A DNA stretch of 64,000 nt from Pseudomonadota bacterium (GCA_039033515.1 JBCCCM010000012.1:2710-66709), one strand, 5' to 3'; shown: positions 19,454 to 29,840, counted from the stretch's first letter. Made by a program: numbers and translations. Notes: generated by a model from the letters alone, not told the origin.

Positions 19454-19549
19454 ACGTGTCTTTGCTCTCGATGCGCGCCGCATGTGTCTGCCAGACCGCG
19501 AGTGGGTTTTGCAAACGCCCCGGCGGGCGAGATACGGTTCTTGCGCGCT

Positions 19550-20260
19550 TTATAGGCACAGCTCGCGGACCATGGCCAGCAAAGCGGCATCGCTGGGTTC
19601 GTGGCAAATGTGGATAGCGGCCCAGCGATCTTCAAGCGCGCCCCGCGCCGGGCCCGCGATCCGCTCGCCCATTGCGGCGAGCGTGATGCGGCTGCGATCC
19701 ACCTTCAGCCGCTCACATTCAGCCACGAATTGGCGCGTCATGGCCGCGGAATGGAGCAGGACGATTGCGTCTTTTTCGAGCAGCTTTGCGGGCGTGTCGA
19801 GGAACCTGCGCGGTCTGACCTCGTACACCTGCACCGGTTCGAACGAGACGCCCTCGGGCCAGGTGAGATCGACATATTCGTTGCCGACCAGCCGCAGATA
19901 ATGAACCGGGGGCTCGACCGCGTCGAGCACGCTTTGCAAGCCGCCTTTGCCAAGCCGCTCGACGGTAAAACCCGCCGCGCGCGCCTCTTTCGCCGTCGCC
20001 TCGCCCACTGCGTGAACGGGCAGTTTGGTGAGCTTTGCGAGGTTCCCCCCGCCCAGCCGCATGGCGTTGGCGCTGCCGATCAACAGCGCGTCAAACCGCG
20101 CGAGCGAAGGCACGTCCCACGCCACAGGGCTGACCCGCGAAAGCGCGAAACCGTGCATCGTAAGCCCCAAGCGCCGCCCGGCGGCCAGCGTTGAGGACAG
20201 GCCGGGCTCGGGCCGGATGGCAAGGACAGGAACCGATTGAGGCGTGGTGCCGCTTTTCAT
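19550..20260 (-). CDS. hemD: Uroporphyrinogen-III synthase
   Basis: VLAIRPEPG, GSANA, VHAVGEATA; follows hemC. Confidence 0.9.
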   Translation of the reverse strand: MKSGTTPQSVPVLAIRPEPGLSSTLAAGRRLGLTMHGFALSRVSPVAWDVPSLARFDALLIGSANAMRLGGGNLAKLTKLPVHAVGEATAKEARAAGFTVERLGKGGLQSVLDAVEPPVHYLRLVGNEYVDLTWPEGVSFEPVQVYEVRPRRFLDTPAKLLEKDAIVLLHSAAMTRQFVAECERLKVDRSRITLAAMGERIAGPARGALEDRWAAIHICHEPSDAALLAMVRELCL

Positions 20261-20292
20261 AGCAGGGGGCCCATCGCGCGCGCCGTGCTCAA

Positions 20293-21246
20293 TTATTGGG
20301 CACCGCCAAATTGCGCCGTGACCGCCTCGCTCGCGCGGGTGAGCAAATCTTGGGCAAGTTCGCGGATGGGACCGTGGTCGCCCGGCGCGCATAGCGTTTC
20401 GCCTTCGACGCGCTCCTTGCCATCGGGCGAGAAGATCGCCGCCTGCATGGCGAGACCGCGCGGCCCGTGCGTGCACAGCACCGCCACGGGCGAATGGCAG
20501 GTGCCGCCCAGCGCCGCGAGCAGCGCGCGTTCCGCCTCCAGTTCCGCGCGGGTTTCGGCGTGGTCCAGAGCGGCCAGCGCCGACAGCGTCGCCTCATCAT
20601 CCGCGCGGCACTCTAGCGCAATCGCGCCTTGGGCCGCAGCGGGGATCCACTCGTCGACCTCAATCGCAGAGCCCAGCGCGCTTTGATCCAATCGTTCGAG
20701 CCCGGCGGCGGCGAGGAAGGTTACATCCGCCTCGCCCGCTTTCAATTTGCCAAGGCGCGTGGCGACGTTGCCGCGAAAGGTCACAACGGAGCAATCGGGG
20801 CGGATGTTGAGCAGCTGCGCCGCGCGGCGCGGGGCGCTGGTGCCGACTACGGCGCCCGGCGGGATGGCGGCGATGCTGTCCGCCCCCACCAGACAATCGC
20901 GCCGATCCGCGCGCGGCAAGACCGCGCCGAAGGTGAACTCCTCAGGCCGCAGGGTCTCGACATCCTTGGCCGAATGGACCGCGACGTCGATGCGCCCTTC
21001 GTGCAGCCACACGTCGAGTTCCTTGGTCCACAGCGCCTTGCCGCCGATTTCGGCAAGCGGGCGGTCTAGCACTTTGTCCCCGCTCGCCAGAACCGGGACC
21101 AGCTCAACCTCATCTTCGCCCCACCCATGCGCGGCGCACAGCCGCCGCTGCGTTTCATAAGCCTGCGCCATCGCCAGCGGCGAATTGCGCGTGCCAAGCT
21201 TGATCCCATGGCGTATTCGCACCGAATTTATCGGTTGATCAGTCAT
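20293..21246 (-). CDS. hemC: Hydroxymethylbilane synthase
   Basis: LGTRNSPLAMAQ, GGKALWTKEL, VHSAKD, VGTSAPRR, FRGNVATRL. Confidence 0.97.
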   Translation of the reverse strand: MTDQPINSVRIRHGIKLGTRNSPLAMAQAYETQRRLCAAHGWGEDEVELVPVLASGDKVLDRPLAEIGGKALWTKELDVWLHEGRIDVAVHSAKDVETLRPEEFTFGAVLPRADRRDCLVGADSIAAIPPGAVVGTSAPRRAAQLLNIRPDCSVVTFRGNVATRLGKLKAGEADVTFLAAAGLERLDQSALGSAIEVDEWIPAAAQGAIALECRADDEATLSALAALDHAETRAELEAERALLAALGGTCHSPVAVLCTHGPRGLAMQAAIFSPDGKERVEGETLCAPGDHGPIRELAQDLLTRASEAVTAQFGGAQ

Positions 21247-21302
21247 CAATGTCCCTTCCGTCACGCTTGCCCTAGCTCGCGCAGTGACTAGATGGAAGCG
21301 CG

Positions 21303-22379
21303 ATGGGACGCGATGCACACATCTTGACCAAGCCCGCCATGGTGCTGGGCATCGAGTCCAGCTGCGATGAAACCGCCGTGGCGCTGGTGACGACGGATCG
21401 GAGCATTCTTGCCCAGCGGATCGCCAGCCAGGAAGCCGAGCACGCGCCCTATGGCGGCGTGGTGCCTGAAATCGCGGCGCGCGCCCACGCGCAGCGCCTC
21501 GCGCCGATGCTGAGCGCGGTGCTGGACGATGCGGGCGTCACGCTGGACGAGGTGGACGCGGTGGCGGCAACGGCGGGTCCGGGGCTGATCGGCGGGGTGA
21601 TGGTTGGCCTCGTCAGCGCCAAGGCGCTCGCCATGGCGAGCGACACGCCGCTGCTGGCGATCAACCATCTGGAAGGCCACGCGCTCTCGCCGCGTCTCTC
21701 GGACCCAGCGCTGGCGTTCCCTTATCTGCTGCTGCTGGTCTCAGGCGGGCATTGCCAGATTTTGCTGGTGGAGGGCGTGGACCAGTATCGCCGCTTCGCC
21801 ACCACGATTGACGACGCGCTGGGCGAAGCGTTTGACAAGACCGCCAAGATCCTCGGCCTCGGCTATCCCGGCGGGCCTGCGGTGGAGCGCCTCGCGCGCG
21901 AAGGTGATCCCAAAGCGGTTCCCCTGCCCCGCCCGTTGAAGGGATCGAAGGAGCCGCATTTCAGCTTTGCCGGGCTCAAGAGCGCGGTTTTGCGCGCGCA
22001 TGACGGCGGCGAGCACAAAGCCGCCGACTTAGCCGCCAGCTTTCAGCAAGCCGCGATTGACTGCCTGATCGATAGGCTCGACCACGCGCTCGCCAAAATC
22101 GACGCGCCGCCTGCTCTGGTCGTCGCGGGCGGGGTTGCGGCCAACCTCGCCGTGCGCGGGGCGTTGGAGGCTCTTGCCGAGCGGCACGCCATGCGCTTCA
22201 CCGCGCCGCCGCTGGCGCTGTGCACTGATAACGCAGCGATGATCGCTTGGGCCGGCTGCGAGCGAATGCTCGCGAGCGATGCGCCCCTTACCTCGGACCC
22301 GCTCGATTTTCGAGCGCGTCCCCGCTGGCCGCTTGATCCTGATGCGGACGCCGTGCGCGGCGCAGGAGTGAAGGCATGA
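21303..22379 (+). CDS. tsaD: tRNA N6-threonylcarbamoyltransferase
   Basis: LGIESSCDETA, NHLEGH, LLVSGGH, DDALGEAFDK, CTDNAAMIA. Confidence 0.98.
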   Translation: MGRDAHILTKPAMVLGIESSCDETAVALVTTDRSILAQRIASQEAEHAPYGGVVPEIAARAHAQRLAPMLSAVLDDAGVTLDEVDAVAATAGPGLIGGVMVGLVSAKALAMASDTPLLAINHLEGHALSPRLSDPALAFPYLLLLVSGGHCQILLVEGVDQYRRFATTIDDALGEAFDKTAKILGLGYPGGPAVERLAREGDPKAVPLPRPLKGSKEPHFSFAGLKSAVLRAHDGGEHKAADLAASFQQAAIDCLIDRLDHALAKIDAPPALVVAGGVAANLAVRGALEALAERHAMRFTAPPLALCTDNAAMIAWAGCERMLASDAPLTSDPLDFRARPRWPLDPDADAVRGAGVKA

Positions 22380-23437
22380 GCCATGCGAGCATGACCCTTC
22401 GACACGCTCAGGGTGAGCGGGAGACACTTGGCGTAATCGGCGCGGGCGCCTGGGGAACCGCCCTTGCACAGATGCTAGCCAGCGATGACCGCGATGTACG
22501 CATCTGGGCTTACGAGCCCGAGGTGGTCGAGGCGATCAACACCGAGCGTCGCAACCCGCTCTACCTGCCCAGCGCTCAGCTTGCGCCCTCCATCCGGGCA
22601 ACCGGCGATCTGGCGGATCTGGCCAGCGTCGATATCGCATTGGTCGTAACGCCCGCGCAGGTCATGGGCCGCGTCTTGGAGGGCCTGCCCGCCGCACCGC
22701 GCGACCTCGTGCTGTGCTCCAAAGGGATCGAAGCGGGCACCGGGCGGCTCATGAACGATGTCGCGCGCGCCGCTTGCCCGAACAGCGAGATCGCGGTGCT
22801 TTCCGGCCCCACCTTCGCGCACGAAGTCGCCGCCGGGCTGCCCACCGCTGTCACCCTCGCCTGCGCGGGCGGAGAGTCGCAATGGGAGCGCCTGTCCTCC
22901 GCCATCGCCCGGCCCGCCTTCCGCCCCTATTACTCCGATGATGTTACCGGCGCGGAGATCGGCGGGGCGATCAAGAACGTCCTCGCCATCGCCTGCGGTC
23001 TGGTCGAAGGGCTTGGCCTTGGCCAAAACGCGCGCGCGGCGCTGATCGCGCGCGGGGTCGCGGAAATGCTGCGCTTTGGAGAAGCTCTGGGCGCGCAGGC
23101 CGAGACGCTTTCAGGCCTGTGCGGCATCGGCGATCTGGTGCTGACCTGCACGTCCACCTCCAGCCGCAATTTCTCGCTGGGCAAAGCGCTGGGCGAAGGG
23201 GCGAGCGCAGCTGATCTGATGGCCGACCGCCGCACCGTGGCCGAAGGGGCGCACACCGCGCCCGTCCTCGCCGATCTCGCCGACAAGCGCGGCATCGCCA
23301 TGCCGATCATGACCAGCGTGCACGCCATCCTCGAAGGCGCGCCGCCGCGCGATGTGGTCGCGCAATTGCTCGCGCGCCCGCTTACCGCTGAAACGCCGAG
23401 CGATGCCCTGTCGTGGGAAAAAGAGCCACGTTTGTGA
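22376..23437 (+). CDS. gpsA: NAD(P)H-dependent glycerol-3-phosphate dehydrogenase
   Basis: GAGAWGTALA, SGPTFAHEV, GAIKNVLAIACG, GDLVLTC...SRN. Confidence 0.97.
   Translation: MSHASMTLRHAQGERETLGVIGAGAWGTALAQMLASDDRDVRIWAYEPEVVEAINTERRNPLYLPSAQLAPSIRATGDLADLASVDIALVVTPAQVMGRVLEGLPAAPRDLVLCSKGIEAGTGRLMNDVARAACPNSEIAVLSGPTFAHEVAAGLPTAVTLACAGGESQWERLSSAIARPAFRPYYSDDVTGAEIGGAIKNVLAIACGLVEGLGLGQNARAALIARGVAEMLRFGEALGAQAETLSGLCGIGDLVLTCTSTSSRNFSLGKALGEGASAADLMADRRTVAEGAHTAPVLADLADKRGIAMPIMTSVHAILEGAPPRDVVAQLLARPLTAETPSDALSWEKEPRL
22395..22420 (+). repeat. REP half-element inside the gpsA coding region
   Basis: cccttcgacacgctcagggtgagcgg matches the REP at 29999-30024 at 23/26; translated as LRHAQGER. 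Confidence 0.75.
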
Positions 23438-25035
23438 GCGCTGTCGTCGACCCTCCCGCTCCCCTCGACCCGGCTAAAGGCGGCGACGATATGGCGACGC
23501 TTGCCAAGGGCGGGCGCACCAACACGCTGGGTTTTGTGCTGCGACTGCTTGGCGGCATCCCGTTCCTGTTCATCGGATATCGCCTTTACGGCGTGGACGA
23601 AATGGGCCGCTTCGCCGCCGCCTTTGTCGTCATCGAGATCCTCGCGCTGATCTGCGCATTGGGAGAGAAACGCGGCCTAGCGCAGCGTCTGCGAGAAGGC
23701 GAGGAAGACCTCGCCACAGGAGAGGGAGCGCCCGAAGCCAACCTCGTCTTTGACGGGATGCTAACCTCGCTGTTGTTCTCGCTCACCGCTTGCGCACTGC
23801 TGCTCGCCTTCCCTGTGATCATCTTTCCCAGCGGGACCAATTCCGAGTGGGATATGTGGATGATCGCGGCCATTCCGGCCTTTGCGCTCACTGAAATCCT
23901 GCTCGCCGCGCAGGCGTATAAATACGATATCGCCACCACAGTGCGCGCGCGCGCGCTGGTCGAGCCGTGGACCAAATCGATCCTGCTGGGCGCCTTGTTC
24001 TTTATCCCCGCGCTGTATGATGGCGGGCTGGCGCTGTCTTTTGTCGGAGCGATCTACGCGGCCTTGTTCACCGCCGCTTGGTCGTTTCTGCGCACCTATG
24101 GCTGGCCCAAGGGGTGGCGGCCGCGCCCGCGCTATCTGGCGAAGATGACGGCGCGCGCGCTGCCGTTGATTGGCGCGGACGTGATCGAGCGCGGCACGCG
24201 GTTGATCGATGTGTTTCTGCTTGGCCAGTTCTGTTCGGCGGGCACGGTCGGCATCTATTGGTTCGCCAAGGAAATCGTGAGCCTGCCACAAAAGCTCAAA
24301 ACCAGTTTCGAACCGATCCTCGCTCCCGTCATCACCAAGAACCTGAAGACCGGCAATTTCACAGCCATCGCCGATCAGGTGCGCCAGGTGGGCTTCTGGA
24401 TCATCGCGCTGCAGTTCGGCATCGCGCTGACGCTGGCGATCCCAGGCGAAGCGGTCATGGGCCTCGGCGGGCCGCAGATCGTGGGCGGCACGGGCGCGCT
24501 GGCGATCCTGCTCGCCGCTGAAGTGGTCGCTTCGATGGCGGTCGTGTCCGAAAGCGTGCTGGTCTACATCGCACGCAAACGCAATCTGGGCATTTCGGTC
24601 GGCGTCATCACCTTGCAAGGGGTGCTGACCGTGGGTCTGATCCTGCTCGCCAAGGAGCTGAAACTCGACGAAGGGTTTCAGGCGGCGGGCGCAGCATTGG
24701 CGATGTTCTTTGCCCTTGGCGTCTCCAGCCTCATCAAGGCGATCGTGCTCAAGACGCTGCTCAAGGCGCCAGTCTCCAACTGGCGCTGGGCGCTGGTCTA
24801 CGCGGCGGCGCCGGCGGTGATCATCGGGTTCGTGTTCACCGAATTTACACCCGAATGGGTCGAGCTGATCATCGGCGGCCCCGCGATCTTGGCCGCCTAT
24901 ATGACCGTTATCTGGAAGCGCGGCTTTGACGAATCGGACAAGGTTCTGTTTCGCAAGAATGTGGCGCCGGCTGATCCAGCCTCCGACCCGGTCGCCCCAA
25001 TTGTGGCGAGCGAAGAGCCCGTCAAAAACGCCTGA
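23434..25035 (+). CDS. MOP/Wzx-like oligosaccharide flippase family protein
   Basis: Many TM helices, Wzx-like pattern (D..LLG....VGIY); GTGA overlap with the gpsA stop. Confidence 0.8.
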   Translation: MSAVVDPPAPLDPAKGGDDMATLAKGGRTNTLGFVLRLLGGIPFLFIGYRLYGVDEMGRFAAAFVVIEILALICALGEKRGLAQRLREGEEDLATGEGAPEANLVFDGMLTSLLFSLTACALLLAFPVIIFPSGTNSEWDMWMIAAIPAFALTEILLAAQAYKYDIATTVRARALVEPWTKSILLGALFFIPALYDGGLALSFVGAIYAALFTAAWSFLRTYGWPKGWRPRPRYLAKMTARALPLIGADVIERGTRLIDVFLLGQFCSAGTVGIYWFAKEIVSLPQKLKTSFEPILAPVITKNLKTGNFTAIADQVRQVGFWIIALQFGIALTLAIPGEAVMGLGGPQIVGGTGALAILLAAEVVASMAVVSESVLVYIARKRNLGISVGVITLQGVLTVGLILLAKELKLDEGFQAAGAALAMFFALGVSSLIKAIVLKTLLKAPVSNWRWALVYAAAPAVIIGFVFTEFTPEWVELIIGGPAILAAYMTVIWKRGFDESDKVLFRKNVAPADPASDPVAPIVASEEPVKNA

Positions 25036-25144
25036 ATTCGCGCAATTTCCTCGGCAATCAGGCGCGCTGATCGCCCCAATTGTGGCGAAAATAAGGCGTT
25101 TCTGATCGCAACTCATACACCGTTCATCTGATGAGGCGGACCAT

Positions 25145-25240
25145 GCGCGAGCGAGGGTCGGGGCGCCCCTAACGCTCCACCTCGCACACCGCTTGGGGTG
25201 GCCAGCCGGTGCTCGGGGCTAATCCGTGGGCCTCGTGCGC
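25145..25240 (+). ncRNA. Candidate structured RNA / leader upstream of the VWA lipoprotein
   Basis: Hairpin 25151-25185, hairpin 25187-25211, plus alternative pairing of 25145-25156 with 25231-25240; identity unknown. Confidence 0.3.
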
Positions 25241-25300
25241 TCCCCTTCAATGGCCGCTTCGCCAAAAGCGTTTGCAAGGCAAGGGGAAGGAGGACGTTTG

Positions 25301-27046
25301 ATGCCGACCACCGAGACTTATGACAGCCGATCCAACATCCGCCGGTTCGCGATCCTTGGCGCTGTGGCGCTGGGCCATGTTCTGGCGCTCGCCGCGTGCA
25401 GCACCGCTGACGGCAGCGCAGAGCTGGCTGAAAGCGCCGATGCGAAAAGCTATGAGCGGGTGACCTCGCTCAACGTGGAAGCGCCGCCCGAGCAGGACGC
25501 CGCCGATCTGGCCGTCGCCCCGCCGCCTGCTAGGGAGATAGCGCCCGCCTCACCGCTAAGCCGGATGATCACCGTCACCGGATCGCGCATGGCTGGCCAA
25601 AGTGCCGATGACTATTCGGTCATGGCCGTCCAAACCGCCACCGATCCAGGCCGTGAGCGTTACAAGGGCGAGGAAGTTTCCTCGGTCAAGCTGACGGGCA
25701 TTGAACCCGTCTCCACCTTCAGCGTCGACGTCGACACTGGCGCCTACACCAACACACGGCGGTTCCTGAATGATGGCATGCTGCCGCCCAAGGCGGCGGT
25801 GCGCACCGAGGAAATGATCAACTATTTCCGTTACGATTACCCGCGCCCGATCAGCACGCAGGTGCCCTTTAGCGTGACCACCGATGTCGCGAAGAGCCCT
25901 TGGAACGAGGGCAGCTACCTAATGCGCATTGGCCTGCGCGGATACGACATTGACCGGGCCGAGCGCCCGCCCGCCAACCTCGTCTTCCTGATGGACGTGT
26001 CCGGTTCGATGAGCGCGCAGGACAAATTGCCGCTGGTCAAAACCGCTTTGTCCGGCCTCGCGGGCGAATTGGGGCCGCAGGACACGGTTTCGATCGTCGT
26101 TTACGCGGGCGCGGCGGGGCTGGTGCTCGAACCCACCAACGACATTCGCAAGATCCGCCGGGCGCTGGCCGACCTCGACGCGGGCGGCTCGACCGCGGGC
26201 GGCGCGGGGATCAAGCTTGCCTACAACATCGCCGAAGACAATTTCATCAAAGGCGGCGTCAACCGCGTGATCCTGGCGACCGATGGCGATTTCAACGTCG
26301 GCGTCTCGGACAAGGACGCGCTGGTCGAGATGATCGAGGCGAACCGCGACCGGGGCATCACGCTCACCACGCTCGGCTTTGGTCAGGGCAATTACAACGA
26401 AGCGATGATGGAGCAGATCGCCAATAAGGGGAACGGCAATTACGCCTATATCGATAGCGCGCTGGAGGCGAAAAAGGTGCTGGGCGATGAGATGTCCTCC
26501 ACCCTCTTCACCATCGCCAAGGATGTGAAAATCCAGGTCGAATTTAACCCCGCCGTGATCAGCCAGTACCGCCTTGTCGGCTATGAAAACCGCGCGCTTC
26601 GCGAAGAGGATTTCAACAACGACACGGTGGATGCGGGCGATATCGGCGCAGGCCATCAGGTAACCGCGATCTACGAAGTGGTGCTAACCGGCAAATCGGG
26701 CTGGATCCCGGCGCGCCGTTACGAAGACCGCATTCCGTCGGCCGCGTCCAAGAAGATGGCCGAGGCCGCGCATGTCAAACTGCGCTACAAATTGCCGCAG
26801 GGCAAAAAGTCGAAACTGCTCGACCGCGTGGTCTCCTATGAGCAGATTCGCCGTGCCAAAGCGCCCACGGGCGACTTCGCCTTTGCCGCCTCGGTCGCGG
26901 CCTTTGGCCAGATCCTTCGGGGTGACACGCTGATGCGCGATTTCGACTTTGACGATGTGGGCCAGCTGGCCGGGCGTCAGAAGAATTACTGGCGTCAGGA
27001 ATTTCTCCAATTGAACGCGGTAGCCGAAAGCATGAAAGGCGGCTAA
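25301..27046 (+). CDS. YfbK-like VWA domain lipoprotein (DUF3520-type C-terminus)
   Basis: AGGAGG RBS, lipobox LAAC, STFSVDVDTGAY, MIDAS DVSGS, LATDGDFNVG, DAGDIGAGH. Confidence 0.92.
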   Translation: MPTTETYDSRSNIRRFAILGAVALGHVLALAACSTADGSAELAESADAKSYERVTSLNVEAPPEQDAADLAVAPPPAREIAPASPLSRMITVTGSRMAGQSADDYSVMAVQTATDPGRERYKGEEVSSVKLTGIEPVSTFSVDVDTGAYTNTRRFLNDGMLPPKAAVRTEEMINYFRYDYPRPISTQVPFSVTTDVAKSPWNEGSYLMRIGLRGYDIDRAERPPANLVFLMDVSGSMSAQDKLPLVKTALSGLAGELGPQDTVSIVVYAGAAGLVLEPTNDIRKIRRALADLDAGGSTAGGAGIKLAYNIAEDNFIKGGVNRVILATDGDFNVGVSDKDALVEMIEANRDRGITLTTLGFGQGNYNEAMMEQIANKGNGNYAYIDSALEAKKVLGDEMSSTLFTIAKDVKIQVEFNPAVISQYRLVGYENRALREEDFNNDTVDAGDIGAGHQVTAIYEVVLTGKSGWIPARRYEDRIPSAASKKMAEAAHVKLRYKLPQGKKSKLLDRVVSYEQIRRAKAPTGDFAFAASVAAFGQILRGDTLMRDFDFDDVGQLAGRQKNYWRQEFLQLNAVAESMKGG

Positions 27047-27086
27047 ACGGGAGCTCCTGCGTCGGAACGGGGGTGCCGGTGCGATT

Positions 27087-27130
27087 AAAGGGTCGGCGCT
27101 GAACGAAAGGTTCAACGCCGACCCTTTTTT
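27087..27130 (+). terminator. Rho-independent terminator
   Basis: 15-bp stem (14 pairs) 27090-27124 followed by T6. Confidence 0.88.
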
Positions 27131-27262
27131 GCTGCGGGGTTGAGCCGGGTCCGCGCGCCCTCTTGCCCGCGCCGCGCCTCAAAGCGCCCGCTTTGCACGA
27201 CCGCCTCGCGCTGCTAAAGCGCGCGCGTCTGTTTTCCTTTTCATTCAAAGGTCCATCCGCCC

Positions 27263-27895
27263 ATGTCCGCTTCGTTCAACACCGCTGTCCCCCTGATCAT
27301 TATCGGGCTTGTCCTGCTCGTGATCGCCGTCTGGTTGATCATGCGGCTTGGCAAGACGACGACAATTGTCGGCGATGGAAGCGTCAAGAAAGACGTCCTC
27401 GACGAAGGCGCCGCGCCCGCGCAGCGCAACCAGGCCCTGATCGACGCCGCGCCCGCCGCGGTCGCGAACAATTTCGGTACGACCAGCGCGGTGGCAAACA
27501 CCGCCCCCGTCGCCGCCGCGCCCGCCACGGCCGACGCCGAAGCGGGGCCGGCCATCACGCCCACGCGCGCGCCGGTCTCTGAAACGGCCCCCGCTCCCGA
27601 GCCGACACCCGAGCCTGCCCCGGCTTCTGCGCCGACACCCTCGGCCACCGTCAAGTCCGACGACCTGCGCCGTATCAAAGGCGTGGGCCCCAAACTGGTG
27701 ACATTGCTGGCGCAGGAAGGCGTCACGCACTTCGCCCAGATCGCCGCCTGGTCCGATTCGGACGTGGCCAAGATTGACGCCAAGCTCGGCCGCTTCAAAG
27801 GCCGGATCGAGCGCGACCAATGGGTTGAGCAAGCCAAGCTGCTGATTTCGGACGATAAAGACGCCTATGCCGCGAAATTCGGCAATAACGGCTAA
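27263..27895 (+). CDS. Membrane-anchored protein with C-terminal helix-hairpin-helix domain
   Basis: N-terminal TM, Ala/Pro linker, DDLRRIKGVGPKL...FAQIAAW...GRIERDQWVEQAKLL. Confidence 0.82.
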   Translation: MSASFNTAVPLIIIGLVLLVIAVWLIMRLGKTTTIVGDGSVKKDVLDEGAAPAQRNQALIDAAPAAVANNFGTTSAVANTAPVAAAPATADAEAGPAITPTRAPVSETAPAPEPTPEPAPASAPTPSATVKSDDLRRIKGVGPKLVTLLAQEGVTHFAQIAAWSDSDVAKIDAKLGRFKGRIERDQWVEQAKLLISDDKDAYAAKFGNNG

Positions 27896-27958
27896 GAAAC
27901 TAAGACGACATTCGTCAAATTTATGATACACTCCTTACCGTCAAGTAGGGAGAGCAAC

Positions 27959-28327
27959 ATGAGTCAGAGAATTCTGGTCGCCGAAGACGAGCCGATCGTC
28001 GCGTTCGATCTGTGCGACACCGTGGAAGAAGCGGGCTACGAAGTCGAAGGCCCCTATAGCGGGATTTGCTCTGCAACCGACGCCTATGAAGCGGACGCGC
28101 CGGATCTCGCAATCTTGGACATCACGCTCGAAGATGGCGAGGTCTACGCGCTGGCGGAAAAGCTCGAAGCGGACAATGTGCCGATCATCTTCCACTCGGG
28201 CGCGAACGCCGGGGCCGAGCTCAAGGCGCGCTTTCCCGGCTCGACCACGCTGGTTAAACCGTGCCCGCCCGCTGACATGCTGAGCGCGGTCAACGGCGCG
28301 CTGGAACGCAAGCTGGCTCAGGCTTAG
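27959..28327 (+). CDS. Single-domain response regulator (receiver)
   Basis: ILVAEDE, AILDI, LVKP. Confidence 0.9.
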   Translation: MSQRILVAEDEPIVAFDLCDTVEEAGYEVEGPYSGICSATDAYEADAPDLAILDITLEDGEVYALAEKLEADNVPIIFHSGANAGAELKARFPGSTTLVKPCPPADMLSAVNGALERKLAQA

Positions 28328-28523
28328 TCAACCCCACTACATCTGAGGCGCCTCATTGCCGCGACCCGCACGCTGCCCTCGCTGCCGCGCTCTCCGGCAG
28401 CGGTGCCCAGCACGGTGACGATCAGAACACAACATGGGGTGACCCAGCGCTCAGCCGCGTGTAACACGGGCTCCAACACTGTTTTGCAGCGCCCTAGCCT
28501 GCTGCACAAAGGAGCCATTTGCC

Positions 28524-29759
28524 GTGAACGCCCCCTTCAATTCGCCCCACGCTGAAACCGAGCAACGAGACCCGAGCGCCGGGATCGTCCCGTTCAACTG
28601 GGAAGACCCGTTCGATCTGGAAAACCAGCTCACCGAAGACGAGCGCATGATCCGCGACGCGGCGAACGCCTTTGCGCAAAGCGAGCTGCAAAGCCGCGTG
28701 ATCGAAGCGTACCGCAACGAGGTTTCCGCGCCCGAACTCTTCCCGCTGATGGGACAGGCCGGCGTGCTCGGCGTCACCATTCCCGAAGAGTTTGGCGGCG
28801 TTGGCGCATCCTATGTCGCCTACGGCCTCGTCGCGCGTGAGATTGAACGCGTCGACTCAGGCTACCGCTCCATGGCGAGCGTCCAGTCGAGCCTCGTGAT
28901 GCACCCGATCTACGCTTACGGATCGGACGAGCAGCGCGCCAAGTACCTGCCCGGCCTTGCGAGCGGCGAACTGATCGGCTGCTTCGGCCTGACCGAACCC
29001 GATGCCGGCTCCGACCCGGCGGGCATGAAAACCTACGCCAAGAAGGACGGCGATGACTACGTGATCTCAGGGTCCAAAACCTGGATTTCCAACTCGCCCT
29101 TCGCCGATGTCTTCGTCGTCTGGGCCAAGAGCGAAGAGCATGGCGGCGGCATTCGCGGCTTTATCCTTGAAAAGGGGATGGAAGGCCTCTCCGCGCCCAA
29201 GATCGAAGGCAAGATCTCGCTGCGCGCCTCGACCACCGGCATGATCATGATGGACGAAGTCCGGGTGCCCAAAACCGCGCTGCTACCGCATGTTCAGGGC
29301 CTCAAAGGCCCGTTCGGCTGCCTCAACCGCGCGCGCTACGGCATCAGCTGGGGCGCGATGGGCGCGGCGGAATTCTGCCTCTACGCCGCGCGCCAATACG
29401 GCCTCGACCGCAAGCAGTTCGGTCGGCCTCTGGCGGGAACGCAGCTTTATCAAAAGAAGCTCGCCGACATGATGAGCGACATCGCGCTGGGCCTTCAAGC
29501 TTCGCTGCGCGTCGGTCGCCTGATCGATGAAGGCCGCTTCAGCCCCGACATGATCAGCATCGTGAAGCGCAACAATGTCGGCAAGGCCTTGGACATCGCG
29601 CGACAAGCCCGCGACATGCACGGCGGCAACGGCATCTCCGAGGAATACCAAGTCATCCGCCACGCGGTGAACCTGGAGACGGTCAACACCTACGAAGGCA
29701 CACACGACGTCCACGCGCTGATCCTTGGGCGCGGGATTACGGGGATTGCGGCGTTTTGA
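28524..29759 (+). CDS. gcdH: Glutaryl-CoA dehydrogenase-like acyl-CoA dehydrogenase
   Basis: [51 protein letters not shown]. Confidence 0.88.
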   Translation: MNAPFNSPHAETEQRDPSAGIVPFNWEDPFDLENQLTEDERMIRDAANAFAQSELQSRVIEAYRNEVSAPELFPLMGQAGVLGVTIPEEFGGVGASYVAYGLVAREIERVDSGYRSMASVQSSLVMHPIYAYGSDEQRAKYLPGLASGELIGCFGLTEPDAGSDPAGMKTYAKKDGDDYVISGSKTWISNSPFADVFVVWAKSEEHGGGIRGFILEKGMEGLSAPKIEGKISLRASTTGMIMMDEVRVPKTALLPHVQGLKGPFGCLNRARYGISWGAMGAAEFCLYAARQYGLDRKQFGRPLAGTQLYQKKLADMMSDIALGLQASLRVGRLIDEGRFSPDMISIVKRNNVGKALDIARQARDMHGGNGISEEYQVIRHAVNLETVNTYEGTHDVHALILGRGITGIAAF

Positions 29760-29840
29760 ATGGAGGTGTTGCTTCCAGAGGTCGAAAGGCTGTCGTTCTG
29801 AAAGCGACGTCAAAAGATACAAAGCAAGCAAGTTCCACGT

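Noticed and set aside
23761-25116. 451-aa antisense ORF, and similar long shadows at 21-1118, 7561-8712, 14998-16020, 48330-49286 and 49449-50738
   Set aside because: They fully overlap well-supported genes on the opposite strand and have Arg/Ala/His-rich shadow composition.
28324-28518. 64-aa ORF on the minus strand between the receiver gene and the acyl-CoA dehydrogenase
   Set aside because: No RBS or motif; the region is more likely promoter and terminator DNA.
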